A stretch of 64,000 nt of DNA from Syntrophales bacterium (GCA_963668175.1 OY764159.1:2944001-3008000); one strand, 5' to 3'; counted from the first letter of the stretch, positions 21,299-34,963 are shown. The notes: generated by a model not told the origin, from the letters alone. Made by a program: numbers and translations.

Positions 21299-21322
21299 GA
21301 TTCCTCCAGTACTCCTTCTTCG

Positions 21323-21583
21323 TCAGTTTTCGCGATCATATTTGTCCCGGCACGCCTCGCTGCAGAAATAGAGCGTTTTGCCGTCTTTCGTTACCTTGTG
21401 GGCCTGGCTCAACGGAATATACCGGTGGCAGTAGGGGTCTTCGACGAGGTCTTCGTCGATGGACCGCTGCGGTTCGTTCCGGATGGTCTGTTTCGAGGCG
21501 TTGGCGGCCAGGATCCATTTGACGGCCTTGATGCCGAGATAGATCAGGAGGCCGATGACAATCAGTCTTATAAGTCCTGCCAT
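21323..21583 (-). CDS. Small membrane-anchored YHS/TRASH-domain protein
   Basis: N-terminal TM; 'DPYCHRYIP...YFCSEACRDKY'. Confidence 0.8.
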   Translation of the reverse strand: MAGLIRLIVIGLLIYLGIKAVKWILAANASKQTIRNEPQRSIDEDLVEDPYCHRYIPLSQAHKVTKDGKTLYFCSEACRDKYDREN

Positions 21584-21589
21584 ATGTCT

Positions 21590-22102
21590 TTACCGGATAA
21601 GCTCCACGGCGCTTTCGTCCGTAAGCCTGTCCATCAGTCCTTTCACGGATATGCCGAATGCAGGGTGTACGGCGTAGGGCGCCAGTTCCGCCAGCGGCTG
21701 CAGGGCAAACCTTCTTTTATGCAACTCCGGATGGGGGACGACAAGGTCTTCCTCGGCGATGACGTTCTGCCCCATCAACAAGATATCCAGGTCGATGACC
21801 CTGGGACCCCAGCGGATTTCATCCTCCTTCCGTCCCATGTCCCGTTCGACGGCCTTGAGCAAGCGCAGCAGATCCCGCGCGGACAGCCCCGTCCTCAGTT
21901 CGACGACGGCGTTCACGAACCAGTCCTGGTCCTTGTAGCCTACAGGCTCCGTCCGGTACAGCGACGATCGCCGGAGCAGCACGCTGCCCTTGATGCGCCC
22001 GATCCGGTCCATTGCCTCGCGGCAGCGGGCCGCGGCATCGCCCAGATTGGAGCCGATGCCGATGAAGGCGATGATGCCTTCCGGTGCGGGATGCTTCGGC
22101 AT
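21590..22102 (-). CDS. folK: 2-amino-4-hydroxy-6-hydroxymethyldihydropteridine diphosphokinase
   Basis: 'IGIGSNLG', 'WFVNAV', 'RWGPRVIDLDIL', 'PHP'; ATG overlaps the dapB stop (TAATG). Confidence 0.93.
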   Translation of the reverse strand: MPKHPAPEGIIAFIGIGSNLGDAAARCREAMDRIGRIKGSVLLRRSSLYRTEPVGYKDQDWFVNAVVELRTGLSARDLLRLLKAVERDMGRKEDEIRWGPRVIDLDILLMGQNVIAEEDLVVPHPELHKRRFALQPLAELAPYAVHPAFGISVKGLMDRLTDESAVELIR

Positions 22103-22908
22103 TACCCCTTCAGTCCCAGGACGTCCTGCATGTCGTAGAGGCCGTTCTTCTGGCCGACGATCCATTTCGCCGCCCGGATCGCCCCCTTGGCGAAATTGTC
22201 CCGGCTGTGGGCACGGTGGATGAATTCGAGGCGTTCTCCCACGGCCCCGAACATGACCGTGTGCTCTCCTACGATGTCGCCGGCGCGGAGCGTCTGGATG
22301 CCGATCTCCGCCTTCGTCCTCTCGCCGATCATGCCCTTCCGTTCGTAGACCCCGACCTTGTCCAGGTCGCGGCCGAGCCTCGCGGCGATAACCTGGGCCA
22401 TCTTCATGGCCGTTCCGCTCGGCGAATCTTTCTTCAGGTGGTGGTGCGCCTCGACGATCTCGACATCGTAATCGTCGCCGAGAATTCCCGCCACCATGTC
22501 GAGGACCTTGAACATGACGTTCACGCCCACGCTCATGTTGGGCGCCAGGACGCACCTGGCGTTTTTCGCGATCTCCTTCGCTTTCGTCATTTCGTCGGCG
22601 GTGAAGCCCGTGCTGCCGATGACGATCGCCTTGCCCTTCGCGGCGCAAAGCTCAAGGTGCGCAAGCGACACTTCGTGATGCGTGAAGTCGATCACGCAGT
22701 CGCCCTTCCCGATGCATTTCTCCAGGCCGTCCTCGATGACGACGCCCGATTTGCCGAGCCCAAGCGACTCCCCCAGGTCCCTGCCGACCCAGGGGTGTGC
22801 TTTGGCCTCCGCGGCACCGACGACTTCGATGCCGTCGGAAGTTTTTATTAAACTGGCAATCCGCCCTCCCATGCGCCCGCCGGCGCCGGTCATAACGACT
22901 TTAACCAT
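22102..22908 (-). CDS. dapB: 4-hydroxy-tetrahydrodipicolinate reductase
   Basis: 'GAGGRMG', 'EAHHHLKKDSPSGTA', 'RAGDIVGEH'. Confidence 0.95.
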   Translation of the reverse strand: MVKVVMTGAGGRMGGRIASLIKTSDGIEVVGAAEAKAHPWVGRDLGESLGLGKSGVVIEDGLEKCIGKGDCVIDFTHHEVSLAHLELCAAKGKAIVIGSTGFTADEMTKAKEIAKNARCVLAPNMSVGVNVMFKVLDMVAGILGDDYDVEIVEAHHHLKKDSPSGTAMKMAQVIAARLGRDLDKVGVYERKGMIGERTKAEIGIQTLRAGDIVGEHTVMFGAVGERLEFIHRAHSRDNFAKGAIRAAKWIVGQKNGLYDMQDVLGLKG

Positions 22909-22930
22909 AATATGACCCTCCCGTCGTCGC

Positions 22931-23806
22931 TCAGGAAATAAGCCCGTAATCCTTCACGGCCTTCTTCAGTTTGTCGTAATTGGCGTCCGACATCTTGCAC
23001 AGGGGAAGCCTGACTTCGTACTGGATCTTGCCCATCATGGCCAGCGCCGCCTTGACCGGCACGGGGTTCGTCTCGATGAAGAGCGCGTCGATGAGCTTCG
23101 CCATCTTGTGGTGCAGTTCGCGGGCCTTCTTGAGGTCTCCGGCCATGAAGGCGTCCGTCAGGCCTGCCATGTCCGCCGGGGCTACGTTGGAGACGACGGA
23201 GATGACGCCGTGGCCGCCGATGGCCATGAGCGGCAGCGTGAAGGCGTCGTCGCCGGAAACGACCGAGAAATCCGGGCCGCAGAGGCCGACGACGTCGCTC
23301 ATCTGCTTGATCGCGCCCGACGCTTCCTTTGTCCCGACGATGTTCTTGATCTTGGCGAGCTTCGCCAGGGTTTCCGGCATAAGGTTCACGCCCGTGCGCC
23401 CCGGGATATTGTAAACGATGATCGGGATCGGCACCGCCTCGGCGACGAGTTTGTAATGCTGGTAGAGGCCCTCCTGGCTCGGCCGGTTGTAGTAGGGGCA
23501 GACCATGAGTGCGCCGTCCGCGCCGGCTTCGTAGGCATGCTTCGTGAGGCGGATGGCCTCGGCCGTGCTGTTGGACCCCGTGCCGGCGATGACCGGGACA
23601 CGCTTCTTCACCGCGTCGATGGTGATCTCGATGACCTTGTCGTGTTCCTCGTGGGAAAGGGTTGACGATTCGCCGGTAGTACCGCAGGGCACGATCCCGT
23701 CCGTGCCGTTGGCTATCTGGAACTCTATCAGGTCCCTCAACGCCGGCTCATCGACCTTGCCATCCTTGAATGGCGTTACGATCGCTACGATTGCTCCCTT
23801 GAACAT
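22931..23806 (-). CDS. dapA: 4-hydroxy-tetrahydrodipicolinate synthase
   Basis: 'GTTGES', 'PYYNRP', 'YNIPGRT', 'KEASG', 'ETNPVPVK'. Confidence 0.96.
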   Translation of the reverse strand: MFKGAIVAIVTPFKDGKVDEPALRDLIEFQIANGTDGIVPCGTTGESSTLSHEEHDKVIEITIDAVKKRVPVIAGTGSNSTAEAIRLTKHAYEAGADGALMVCPYYNRPSQEGLYQHYKLVAEAVPIPIIVYNIPGRTGVNLMPETLAKLAKIKNIVGTKEASGAIKQMSDVVGLCGPDFSVVSGDDAFTLPLMAIGGHGVISVVSNVAPADMAGLTDAFMAGDLKKARELHHKMAKLIDALFIETNPVPVKAALAMMGKIQYEVRLPLCKMSDANYDKLKKAVKDYGLIS

Positions 23807-23827
23807 AAAAATCCCCTCCTTGCTGCG

Positions 23828-25090
23828 TTATAGTTTTTTTAAGAAGTCCGGCATCTTCTCATGCCTCACCATGTCGGCGTATTCCTCCCGCTCCCTGATA
23901 ACGTAGAAGCGGCTGCCCGTAACCATGACTTCGGCGACGCGCGGCCTGGAGTTGTAGTTCGACGACATCGTAAATCCGTAGGCCCCGGCACTCATGACGG
24001 CCATCAGGTCGTCCCTTTCGAAACGGGGCAGATTTCTCTTCTTTGCCAGGTAGTCGCCCGACTCGCAGATGGGGCCGACGACGTCGGCGGTGATTCCGTC
24101 CCTTCCCGCGTCGATCACGGGCTGGATGGCGTGGAAGGCCCCATAGAGGCTGGGACGGACGAGGTCGTTCATCCCTGCGTCGACGACAATGAAATGCTTG
24201 TCCTCGTTGGACTTGGTGAAGAGGACCTTCGTGACCATGATGCCGGCGTTGCCGACGATGACCCGGCCAGGCTCGAATATGAACGTGCACTTGAGGTCCG
24301 CGGCGGCGGCGATGATCTCCCGGGCATACTCCGTGGGATGGGGAGGCGATTCGCCGTCGTAGGTGATCCCGAGGCCGCCCCCCAGGTCGAGATACTTGAC
24401 GGCTATCCCTTCTTCCGCAAGAAGCCCGATCAGCTTCCTGATCCTCGCCAGGGCGTCCACGAACGGGGATACTTTCGTCAGCTGCGAACCGATATGGCAG
24501 CTCACGCCCCGGATGTCGATGTTTTTCAAATTCATGGCCAGGCGGTAGTCGTTCAGGGACTTTTCCAGGTTGATGCCGAACTTGTTTTCCTTGAGGCCCG
24601 TCGAGATGTAGGGATGCGTTTCGGGATCGACGTCCGGATTGACGCGGATGGCGATTCCCGCCTTCCTGCCCAGCCGGCCCGCGCAGGCGTCGATCCGCTC
24701 CAGTTCCTGCGTCGATTCCACGTTGAACATGAGGATGTTCGTCTTGACGGCGTATTCGATCTCGTCGTCCCTCTTCCCCACGCCGGAATAGACGATCTTC
24801 CGCGGGTCCGCGCCCGCCTTGAGGGCCCGGAAGAGCTCCCCGCCGGAGACGATATCCACGCCTCCCCCTTCCCTGACGAAGGCCCGCAGGAGGGCGATGT
24901 TGGAATTCGCCTTCACCGCGTAGCAGACGATATGCGGCACGGCTGCGAAGGACTTGTCGAAAACGTTGAAGTGATGTTTTAACGTCTTGTAGCTGTACAG
25001 ATAGAAAGGCGTGCCGATCTCCCGGGCGATGTCCGCCACGGGAACCTCTTCGCACAAGAGCTGTTTGTCACGATAGTGGAAATAGTTCAT
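23828..25090 (-). CDS. lysA: Diaminopimelate decarboxylase
   Basis: 'YAVKAN', 'HIGSQ', 'EPGR', 'GPICESGD', 'MSSNYNSR'. Confidence 0.96.
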   Translation of the reverse strand: MNYFHYRDKQLLCEEVPVADIAREIGTPFYLYSYKTLKHHFNVFDKSFAAVPHIVCYAVKANSNIALLRAFVREGGGVDIVSGGELFRALKAGADPRKIVYSGVGKRDDEIEYAVKTNILMFNVESTQELERIDACAGRLGRKAGIAIRVNPDVDPETHPYISTGLKENKFGINLEKSLNDYRLAMNLKNIDIRGVSCHIGSQLTKVSPFVDALARIRKLIGLLAEEGIAVKYLDLGGGLGITYDGESPPHPTEYAREIIAAAADLKCTFIFEPGRVIVGNAGIMVTKVLFTKSNEDKHFIVVDAGMNDLVRPSLYGAFHAIQPVIDAGRDGITADVVGPICESGDYLAKKRNLPRFERDDLMAVMSAGAYGFTMSSNYNSRPRVAEVMVTGSRFYVIREREEYADMVRHEKMPDFLKKL

Positions 25091-25114
25091 GGACCTTTTC
25101 TTTTCTCCAGCACC

Positions 25115-25567
25115 TCAGAATTTAAGTTCCGCCGGATCGGACGGCTCGCTGCACAACCCCCTCAAGTCGCAGACGACAACCCGGTATGTATAGAGCCATC
25201 CGGCCTTCACCCGGTAGTCGTCGAACCGCACGGCCCGGCCTTCCCTGACAAGCTTCGGATCTTCTGCCAGGAAAGCGGCAATCTCCTTATAGTCGCGCGG
25301 ACACTCGGGACAGTCGCCCCGGAGCGTTTCCAGTTCGCTTCTCTGTATCCGGACATCCTTGATGTTCCGGCCTTCGCCCGCCGTCTCCCAGGAAAGCCGA
25401 ATCGCCTCACCGGCCTTCTTCGCGGCAAGATTCCTGACCGCTTCCGGCATTTTGACGTCCGGAGGCGCGGGATCGTCCTTCTTGCCGCAGGCGGAGATTC
25501 CCGCCAGCCATAGGATCAATACCGGCAACAGACAATAGAGGACGATATGGCTGCGCCTTGGCTTCAT
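25115..25567 (-). CDS. Lipoprotein with fibronectin-III-like fold
   Basis: Lipobox 'ISACGKK'; 'LSW', CPEC, 'YTYRV'; sits between argH and lysA. Confidence 0.7.
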   Translation of the reverse strand: MKPRRSHIVLYCLLPVLILWLAGISACGKKDDPAPPDVKMPEAVRNLAAKKAGEAIRLSWETAGEGRNIKDVRIQRSELETLRGDCPECPRDYKEIAAFLAEDPKLVREGRAVRFDDYRVKAGWLYTYRVVVCDLRGLCSEPSDPAELKF

Positions 25568-26949
25568 GAGCGGCCGTCGATTTCCCGGATGCGTTTCAGG
25601 ACCGCCTCCGTGGCCGTGCCGCCGGTGCCCTTCCTGCGGTCGACGCAGGCGGAGGCGGCCAGACGTTCGTAGATGTCCTCTTCAAATCCTTTGTAGTACC
25701 GGCGGAATTCGGTAAGCGATAGATCGGCCAGGTTCTTTTTCCCCTTCCCGGCCGCATAGGCGACGAGCCGGCCGACGATGCCGTGCGACTCCCGGAAAGG
25801 CACCCCCTTCACGACCAGGTACTCGGCGACGTCCGTGGCCGCGGCGTATCCCGCGCCGGCCGCTTCCGAAAGGCGTTCCCGGTTGAAGGTCAGGTGAGGG
25901 ATCATGGCCGTCAGGACGTCCAGGCAGTTCCGGACCGTGTCGACCGTTTCGAAGAGGGGCTCCTTGTCTTCCTGGAGGTCCCTGTTGTACGTCATCGGCA
26001 ACCCCTTCAGGACCGTGAGGATCGCCGTCAGGTTCCCGTAGACGCGCCCCGTCTTGCCGCGGATCAGCTCCGCGACGTCCGGGTTCTTCTTCTGTGGCAT
26101 GATGCTGCTGCCCGTCGTGAAGGCGTCGGAAATCTCGAGGTAGCCGAATTCCTCCGTGGACCAGATGATCAGGTCCTCGCAGAGCCGGCTCAAGTGCATC
26201 ATGACGAGCGAACAGACGAAAGTGAATTCGGCGATGAAATCCCGGTCCGCCACCGTGTCCATGCTGTTCTTCGACACGGCGGGGAAATCGAGGAGCGACG
26301 CGACGTACTCGCGGTCCACGGGCAGGCTTGTCCCCGCCAGGGCCGCGGCGCCCAGGGGCAGCACGTTGACCCTCACCAGGCAGTCGGCGAGACGCGATTC
26401 GTCCCGGTCGATCATCTCCCAGAAGGCCAGAAGGTAGTGCGACAGAAGCACCGGCTGCGCCTTCTGGAGGTGCGTGTAGCCCGGGGCCACCGTCTTGATC
26501 TCCTTCTTGGCCAGGTTGAGGAGCGCCGCCTTCATCGCGGCGAGCTGCCATCGCAGGAGGCCGATTTCGTCCCGCAGGTACAGCCTGATGTCGAGGGCCA
26601 CCTGGTCGTTACGGCTGCGCGCTGTATGGAGTTTTCCGCCGGCATCGCCCACCTTCGCGATCAGGGCCTTTTCGATGGCCATATGGATGTCTTCGTCGCT
26701 CGGATTGAACGGGAAGACGCCCCGTTCGATCTCCCGGCGGATGGACGTCAGGCCGTTCACGATCGCCGTCTGTTCCTTGCGCGTCAGGAGGCCCTGCTTG
26801 CAGAGCATCCTGGCGTGGGCGATGCTGCCCTCGATGTCGTAGCTGTAGAGGCGGCAGTCGTAATGGATCGACGCCGTGAAGGCTTCCACCTTCTTGTCCG
26901 TGTCCTCGCGGAAGCGACCGCCCCAGGGTTTTGTCGTTTTGCCCGCCAT
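25564..26949 (-). CDS. argH: Argininosuccinate lyase
   Basis: 'WGGRF', 'HTARSRNDQ', 'GSSIMPQKKNPD'. Confidence 0.97.
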   Translation of the reverse strand: MAGKTTKPWGGRFREDTDKKVEAFTASIHYDCRLYSYDIEGSIAHARMLCKQGLLTRKEQTAIVNGLTSIRREIERGVFPFNPSDEDIHMAIEKALIAKVGDAGGKLHTARSRNDQVALDIRLYLRDEIGLLRWQLAAMKAALLNLAKKEIKTVAPGYTHLQKAQPVLLSHYLLAFWEMIDRDESRLADCLVRVNVLPLGAAALAGTSLPVDREYVASLLDFPAVSKNSMDTVADRDFIAEFTFVCSLVMMHLSRLCEDLIIWSTEEFGYLEISDAFTTGSSIMPQKKNPDVAELIRGKTGRVYGNLTAILTVLKGLPMTYNRDLQEDKEPLFETVDTVRNCLDVLTAMIPHLTFNRERLSEAAGAGYAAATDVAEYLVVKGVPFRESHGIVGRLVAYAAGKGKKNLADLSLTEFRRYYKGFEEDIYERLAASACVDRRKGTGGTATEAVLKRIREIDGRS

Positions 26950-26959
26950 GGATTCAATC

Positions 26960-28177
26960 TCAGCTTTTCTTGCGGTTGACCATGTTCTGCATCTTCAGCC
27001 TCAAGGCATTGAGCCTGATGAAGCCGGTGGCGTCCTTCTGGTTGTAAACCTCGTCTTTCTCGAACGTCGCCAGGGCTTCGCTGTAAAGCGACCAGGGGGA
27101 CTTTCTCCCCACGACAATGGTGTTCCCCTTGTAGAGCTTCACCCGGGCCGAGCCCGTGACCCGCTCCTGGGTCTCGTCGATCATCTTCTGGAGGACGGTC
27201 ATCTCCGGCGAGTACCAGAAGCCGTTGTAAACGAGTTGGGCATACTTGGGAATCAGCGAATCGCGCATCAGCATGACTTCCCGGTCCATCGTCAGGGTCT
27301 CCAGGGCCCGGTGCGCCGCCCAGAGGACCGTGCCGCCCGGCGTTTCGTAGACCCCGCGGGACTTCATGCCCACGAAGCGGTTCTCCACCATGTCCACGCG
27401 GCCGACACCGTTCTTCCCGGCGATGTCGTTCACGTGTTCCATCAGGGCGGCGGGGCTCATCCTGACACCGTCCACGGCCACGGGATTACCCTTCTCGAAT
27501 TCGATCTCCACGTAGGTGGGCTTGTCCGGCGCCGCTTCGGGAGAGCAGGAGAGAACGAAAATATCCTCCGGCGGTTCCGCCCACGGGTCTTCGAGGATTG
27601 CGCCCTCGTGGGAGATGTGGAGCAGGTTGCGGTCGCTGCTGTAGGGTTTGTCCTTCGTCAGGGGCAGCGGGATGTTGTACTTCTCCGCGTAGTCGAACAT
27701 GGACTCGCGGGAATCGAATTTCCAGTTGTCGTCCTTCCACGCCGAGATGATCTTCATCTCGGGACAGAGGGCCATGTAGGTCAGCTCGAAGCGGACCTGG
27801 TCGTTGCCCTTTCCCGTCGCCCCGTGGCAGACGGCGTCGGCGCCCTCGGCCAGGGCGATTTCGATCTGCCTCTTGGCGATCAGGGGCCTGGCGATGGAGG
27901 TCCCCAGCATGTAGGTCCCTTCGTAGATGGCGTTGGCCCGCAGGCAGGCGAAGACGAAGTCCCGGGCGAATTCCTCGCGCAGGTCGTCGATGTAGATCTT
28001 GCTGGCGCCGGTGTTGATGGCCTTCTCCTTCAGACCGTCCAGCTCCTCCTTCTGGCCGACGTCGGCCGCGAAGGCGATGACTTCACACCCATAGGTTTCC
28101 ACCAGCCATCTCACGATGACGGACGTATCGAGTCCGCCCGAATAGGCCAGGACGACTTTTTTGTACTGTTTTGACAC
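26960..28177 (-). CDS. argG: Argininosuccinate synthase
   Basis: '[10 protein letters not shown]', '[14 protein letters not shown]', '[10 protein letters not shown]'. Confidence 0.97.
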   Translation of the reverse strand: MSKQYKKVVLAYSGGLDTSVIVRWLVETYGCEVIAFAADVGQKEELDGLKEKAINTGASKIYIDDLREEFARDFVFACLRANAIYEGTYMLGTSIARPLIAKRQIEIALAEGADAVCHGATGKGNDQVRFELTYMALCPEMKIISAWKDDNWKFDSRESMFDYAEKYNIPLPLTKDKPYSSDRNLLHISHEGAILEDPWAEPPEDIFVLSCSPEAAPDKPTYVEIEFEKGNPVAVDGVRMSPAALMEHVNDIAGKNGVGRVDMVENRFVGMKSRGVYETPGGTVLWAAHRALETLTMDREVMLMRDSLIPKYAQLVYNGFWYSPEMTVLQKMIDETQERVTGSARVKLYKGNTIVVGRKSPWSLYSEALATFEKDEVYNQKDATGFIRLNALRLKMQNMVNRKKS

Positions 28178-28181
28178 GGTT

Positions 28182-29096
28182 CTAACCTCCCATCAATATT
28201 TCCAGGATGGCCTTCTGCGCATGCAGACGGTTTTCGGCCTGGTCGACCACGACCGACCGGGGGCCGTCGATGACGTCCTCCGTAATCTCCTCGCCGCGAT
28301 GGGCGGGCAGGCAGTGCATGACGATGGCATCCTTCTTGGCATAATCCAGAAGCGGCGAATTGACCTGATAATTCTTCAGGACTTTGATCCGCTCCGCGTG
28401 TTCGCTTTCCTGTCCCATGCTGGCCCAGACGTCCGTGTAAATAACGTCGGCGCCGCGGACGGCGTCCGCCGGATCGGCAAACAGTTCGACCCCGAGAGGG
28501 GCTTCCTTCATCCCCCGTTTCAGGATGTCCTGATCCGGATGGTAGCCCTCGGGACAGGCGAGCGTCAGTTGAAAAGGCAGGCGGGAAGCGGCGTCGATCC
28601 ATGAATTGGAGACGTTGTTTCCGTCCCCCACGTAGGCTATTTTCAACCCTTCGTAACGCCCCTTCTTTTCAATGATCGTGAATATATCGCTGAGTATTTG
28701 ACATGGATGCAGCAAATCTGTCAAACCATTTATCACGGGAATCGATGCATATTGCGCAAACTCTTCGACCGACTGCTGGGAATACGTCCGGATCATGATG
28801 CCGTTGAGATAGCGGGACATGATCCGCGCCGTGTCGGCGATGGTTTCTCCGCGGTTGATCTGGGTGTCCCGGCTGCTTAAAAAAAGCGCGATGCCCCCAA
28901 GCTGGTACATGCCGACTTCGAAGGAAATCCTCGTGCGCGTCGAGGATTTCTCGAAGATCATCCCCAGGGTTTTGCCCGCAAGAGACGATACGGCCTTGCC
29001 TTCCTTAAGCTGCTTCTTGAGGAAGGCGGTCCTTTCGAAAAGCCGGTCGAATCCGTCCCGGTCGATTCCGTCGAAGCTTAAAAAGTCCTTCTTCAT
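28182..29096 (-). CDS. argF: Ornithine carbamoyltransferase
   Basis: 'FEKSSTRTR', 'HPCQ', 'WASMGQE', 'MHCLP'; start MKKDF. Confidence 0.96.
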   Translation of the reverse strand: MKKDFLSFDGIDRDGFDRLFERTAFLKKQLKEGKAVSSLAGKTLGMIFEKSSTRTRISFEVGMYQLGGIALFLSSRDTQINRGETIADTARIMSRYLNGIMIRTYSQQSVEEFAQYASIPVINGLTDLLHPCQILSDIFTIIEKKGRYEGLKIAYVGDGNNVSNSWIDAASRLPFQLTLACPEGYHPDQDILKRGMKEAPLGVELFADPADAVRGADVIYTDVWASMGQESEHAERIKVLKNYQVNSPLLDYAKKDAIVMHCLPAHRGEEITEDVIDGPRSVVVDQAENRLHAQKAILEILMGG

Positions 29097-30292
29097 TTCC
29101 CCCCCAAAATAGAATCGAGTACGAAAAGCAGGCGGTCCACCTGGGCCTCGCTGACAATCAGCGGCGGCAGGAAACGAAGGACACGGGGCCCCGCCGATGC
29201 AACGAGAAATCCCTTGTCCAGGCACTTGTTGACGGTGCCCGCCACTTCTTCTTCCATTTCGACGCCGATGATGAGACCTTTGCCCCGGACATCCCTGATT
29301 ATTCCGTATTTTGCCTTCCGTTTCGCAAGCTCCGCCATGAAATAGGCGCCGACCTTCCGGCAGTTGGCCAGGACGCCGTCGGAGAGCATGACGTCCATCG
29401 TGGCGAGGGCGGCCGCCATCGCCAGGGGGTTACCCCCGAAGGTGCAGGCATGGTCTCCCGGCTCGAAGGCCGAGGCGGCCTTGTCCGTCGCAAGCATGGC
29501 CCCTACGGGGAAGCCGTTCGCCATGGACTTTGCCAGGGTCATGATGTCGGGCGCAATGCCGCTCTGTTCGTAGGCAAAGAGCGTCCCCGTGCGGCCCATG
29601 CCGACCTGGACCTCGTCGAAGATGAGAAGAATCCCTTTGCGGTCGCAAAGCTCGCGCACGGCCCGGAGATATCCTTCGTCGGGCACAAAGACGCCGCCTT
29701 CCGCCTGGATCGGCTCCAGGAGGACGCCGCAGGTTTTGTCCGTCACGGCATCTGCCAGGGCCTCGATGTCGTTGAAGGGAACGTATTTAAACCCTTCCGG
29801 CAGCGGGGCGAAGCCTTTCCGGAACTTCTCCTGGCCGGTCGCGGTGATCGTCGCCAGCGTCCTGCCGTGAAAAGAGTTCAGCATGGTGATCAGTTCGTAC
29901 TTCCCTCCCAGCCTCGTGTGGCCGTACTTCCGGGCGAGCTTGATGGCCGCTTCGTTGGCCTCCGCGCCGCTGTTGCAGAAGAAGACCTTGTCGGCGAAGG
30001 AATTTTCCGTAAGGACCCGCGCGTAGCGGATCTGGGCTTCTATATGGTAAAGGTTCGATACGTGCAGCAGCGTCTGCGCCTGTGCGGTTATCGCCTCGGC
30101 GACCCTGGGGTGGCTGTGCCCCAGCCCGCAGACGGCAAGCCCGCCCGCGAAGTCGAGGTATTCCCTGCCGTCGGTGTCCCAGACGCTCATGCCGGCGCCG
30201 CGGGTAAGGACCACGGGAAAACGCTTGTACGTCCCCATGACGTGCTTATCCCCGGCTTCCATCCATTCTTTCATGGCCATTTTATCTTCCAT
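29093..30292 (-). CDS. argD: Acetylornithine aminotransferase
   Basis: 'FCNSGAEANE', 'FHGRT', 'DEVQVGMGRTG', 'TLAK'; arg operon context. Confidence 0.93.
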   Translation of the reverse strand: MEDKMAMKEWMEAGDKHVMGTYKRFPVVLTRGAGMSVWDTDGREYLDFAGGLAVCGLGHSHPRVAEAITAQAQTLLHVSNLYHIEAQIRYARVLTENSFADKVFFCNSGAEANEAAIKLARKYGHTRLGGKYELITMLNSFHGRTLATITATGQEKFRKGFAPLPEGFKYVPFNDIEALADAVTDKTCGVLLEPIQAEGGVFVPDEGYLRAVRELCDRKGILLIFDEVQVGMGRTGTLFAYEQSGIAPDIMTLAKSMANGFPVGAMLATDKAASAFEPGDHACTFGGNPLAMAAALATMDVMLSDGVLANCRKVGAYFMAELAKRKAKYGIIRDVRGKGLIIGVEMEEEVAGTVNKCLDKGFLVASAGPRVLRFLPPLIVSEAQVDRLLFVLDSILGGK

Positions 30293-30308
30293 CCTTACAT
30301 AAATCTTT

Positions 30309-32620
<2,312 letters not shown>

Positions 32621-32629
32621 ATCTTTTCG

Positions 32630-33220
32630 TTACTCCTTGGACCGTCTCTTCGATCTCTTGCCGTTGTCTTCCTCCGGCTCGCCTTCCAGATCGAGTTCTT
32701 CGACGGTGATGTTGTCGTTCGTGTAAATGCATATTTCCGAAGCGATCCGGACCGACTCGGCGGCGACTTCGGCGGCCGAAAGGTCCGAATACTTCACGAG
32801 GGCCCGGGCCGCGGCGAGGGCATAGGGGCCGCCCGATCCGATGGCCATGACGTTGTCGTCGGACTCGATGACGTCGCCGGTTCCCGAAATCATCAGGAAA
32901 TGCTCGCGGCTCGCGGCCACCATGATGGCCTCCAGGTGCCGCAGCATCCGGTCTGTCCTCCAGTCCTTCGTCAGTTCGACGGCGGCGCGCAGGAGATTGC
33001 CGCGATACTGCTCCAGCCGCTGGTCGAAGCGGTCGAAGAGCGTAAAGGCGTCGGCCGTGGCCCCGGCAAAACCGATGATGACTTCGTTGTTATATAGCCT
33101 GCGGACCTTCCTCGCCCCGTGCTTCATGACGGTGATGTCCACCGTGACCTGCCCGTCGCCGGCGATGACGACCTTCCCCTTATGTTTGACGGCCACGATC
33201 GTGGTGCCGCGTATCTTCAT
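32630..33220 (-). CDS. hslV: ATP-dependent protease subunit HslV
   Basis: N-terminal 'GTTI', 'GDGQVT', 'GFAGATADA', 'AIGSGG'. Confidence 0.97.
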   Translation of the reverse strand: MKIRGTTIVAVKHKGKVVIAGDGQVTVDITVMKHGARKVRRLYNNEVIIGFAGATADAFTLFDRFDQRLEQYRGNLLRAAVELTKDWRTDRMLRHLEAIMVAASREHFLMISGTGDVIESDDNVMAIGSGGPYALAAARALVKYSDLSAAEVAAESVRIASEICIYTNDNITVEELDLEGEPEEDNGKRSKRRSKE

Positions 33221-34179
33221 GTCTTCGTTTCCTCCTTGGTTTGTCCGGCCTGCGCATCCGTCTTGTGTTGTCCGTCCCCTTCCCCGCCGGCCTTGGGGTG
33301 GGCCTTGTCGTAGACCTCCATGAGCCTGCTCACGCTCACCTGTGTGTATTTCTGCGTCGTCGAGAGGCTTTCGTGGCCCAGCATCTCCTGGATGGAGCGG
33401 AGGTCCGCCCCGGCGTCCATCAGGTGCGTCGCGAAGGAATGGCGGAGCTTGTGGGGGCTGATCTTGCGGCCGATGCCGCTTGCCTCCACCCTTTTCTCCA
33501 CGATCCTGGCGATGCTCCGGGGATTGAGCCTCTGTCCTTCCCGCCCCGTGAAGAGCGGTCCCGCCTCGCGGCCTTCCGCATCTCCCCGCACCGCGAGATA
33601 CCGTCCCACGGCCGAAAGCGCCGGAGCGCCCACGGGAACAAGCCTCTCCTTCTTGCCCTTCCCCTTGACCTTCACGAGGGCCTGGGCCTCGTCCAGATCG
33701 GGCACGTCGAGGTTCGCCAGTTCCGAAAGCCTGATGCCCGACGAATAAAACAACTCCACGATCGCCCTGTCCCGCAGGGCCGTTTCGTCGTCGCCCCCGG
33801 CCTCCGCGTTCAGGACGTTCATCATCTCGTCCACGGACAGGAACACCGGCACGTGCTTTTCCGCCTTCGGGGCCAGTACCGCCTCGGCGGGATTGGACGC
33901 CACCCTTCCCTCTCTTACGAGGTAGTCGAAGAAGGACCGGATCGCCGAGAGCTTCCGGGCCATCGTCACCTTCTTCAGCTTCTGCCGGTAGAGCGAGGCC
34001 ATGTAGGCCCGCACCGTCAGGTGGTCGATCCCCTCTGGTTTCGGCTCCGCTCCGGGCCTGTTCTCGGCGAGAAAGTCCGTGAACTGTCTCAGGTCGGCCA
34101 GGTAATTTTTCCGTGTGTGCCCGGAAAGATTCCTTTCGACGGCCATGTATTTTTCGAACGCCGCTATCGACTCTTTCAT
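33217..34179 (-). CDS. xerC: Tyrosine recombinase XerC
   Basis: '[17 protein letters not shown]', 'GKGKKER', '[10 protein letters not shown]', 'LGH..LSTTQKY'; directly upstream of hslVU. Confidence 0.9.
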   Translation of the reverse strand: MKESIAAFEKYMAVERNLSGHTRKNYLADLRQFTDFLAENRPGAEPKPEGIDHLTVRAYMASLYRQKLKKVTMARKLSAIRSFFDYLVREGRVASNPAEAVLAPKAEKHVPVFLSVDEMMNVLNAEAGGDDETALRDRAIVELFYSSGIRLSELANLDVPDLDEAQALVKVKGKGKKERLVPVGAPALSAVGRYLAVRGDAEGREAGPLFTGREGQRLNPRSIARIVEKRVEASGIGRKISPHKLRHSFATHLMDAGADLRSIQEMLGHESLSTTQKYTQVSVSRLMEVYDKAHPKAGGEGDGQHKTDAQAGQTKEETKT

Positions 34180-34449
34180 AAAAAAAAGCGCTCAGCCTCA
34201 GCGATCGCTCTCAGCCTTAAGCTGACATATGATAGCTGACAGCCGACCGCTTGAATCAGCAGTGCCTCGACTCCATCGGATGGAATCCGGATATTCCTTT
34301 CCCGGCCATGCATTTCCGAGCGGAAACGCCCCGCCCCTGGGGGAAAAACAGTCTGCCTTTAACGCTTACGATAGTGTGGATCATAAGAGTCGCCCCTGAC
34401 GATGAAGGAAACCGCACCGACCGGCCGTAAAGGCGGCGTCTTCGCGCCG

Positions 34450-34950
34450 CTACATCTTATATTTGCCGAAGTCGTCCGGGGAGAGGTTCTCCAGGAATTC
34501 CTTCAGCTTGTCGTCTTTTAACTGATCCAGATCGGTTACCTTCGTCCCGAAATCGATGTTCCGCGATTTCTCGATGACCTTCTCGTCGACGTAGATGGGG
34601 GCTTGCGCCCGCAGGGCCAGGGCGATGGCGTCGCTCGGTCGCGCGTCGATGATGAAACTCTCGCCGTCCTTGAGGAGATAGAGGTTGGCGAAGAACGTAT
34701 TGTTCCGCAAATCGCAGATCTCGATCTTCAGAAGCTCTATCCCCAGGATCTTCAGGAGATCGTTCATGAGATCGTGGGTCATGGGTCTCGAAAAGGAGAT
34801 TTTCTCCATTTCGGTGGCAATGGCGCTCGCTTCGAAAAGGCCGATCCAGATGGGAATGGCCTTTTTGTCCGTCATGTCCTTCAGGATCACAATCGGCGTG
34901 TTCGTGATCGGATCGATGGTCAGACCGGATATCTTCATTTCTATCAGCAT
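34450..34950 (-). CDS. Bifunctional nuclease family protein (DUF151/BFN)
   Basis: 'PIWIG.FEA', 'RPMTHDL', 'DARPSDAIALALR'. Confidence 0.9.
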   Translation of the reverse strand: MLIEMKISGLTIDPITNTPIVILKDMTDKKAIPIWIGLFEASAIATEMEKISFSRPMTHDLMNDLLKILGIELLKIEICDLRNNTFFANLYLLKDGESFIIDARPSDAIALALRAQAPIYVDEKVIEKSRNIDFGTKVTDLDQLKDDKLKEFLENLSPDDFGKYKM

Positions 34951-34963
34951 TGAGCTCCTCCTG

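Noticed and set aside
33217..34179. Tyrosine recombinase as the integrase for the cassette array
   Set aside because: It has XerC features and the conserved xerC-hslVU context; no dif-like site was seen at the repeats
34188..34440. TCAGC/GCTGA short repeats and a 42-codon minus-strand ORF upstream of xerC; possible ncRNA
   Set aside because: Only an imperfect hairpin; no recognisable tRNA, 6S or riboswitch features, and the ORF has no support
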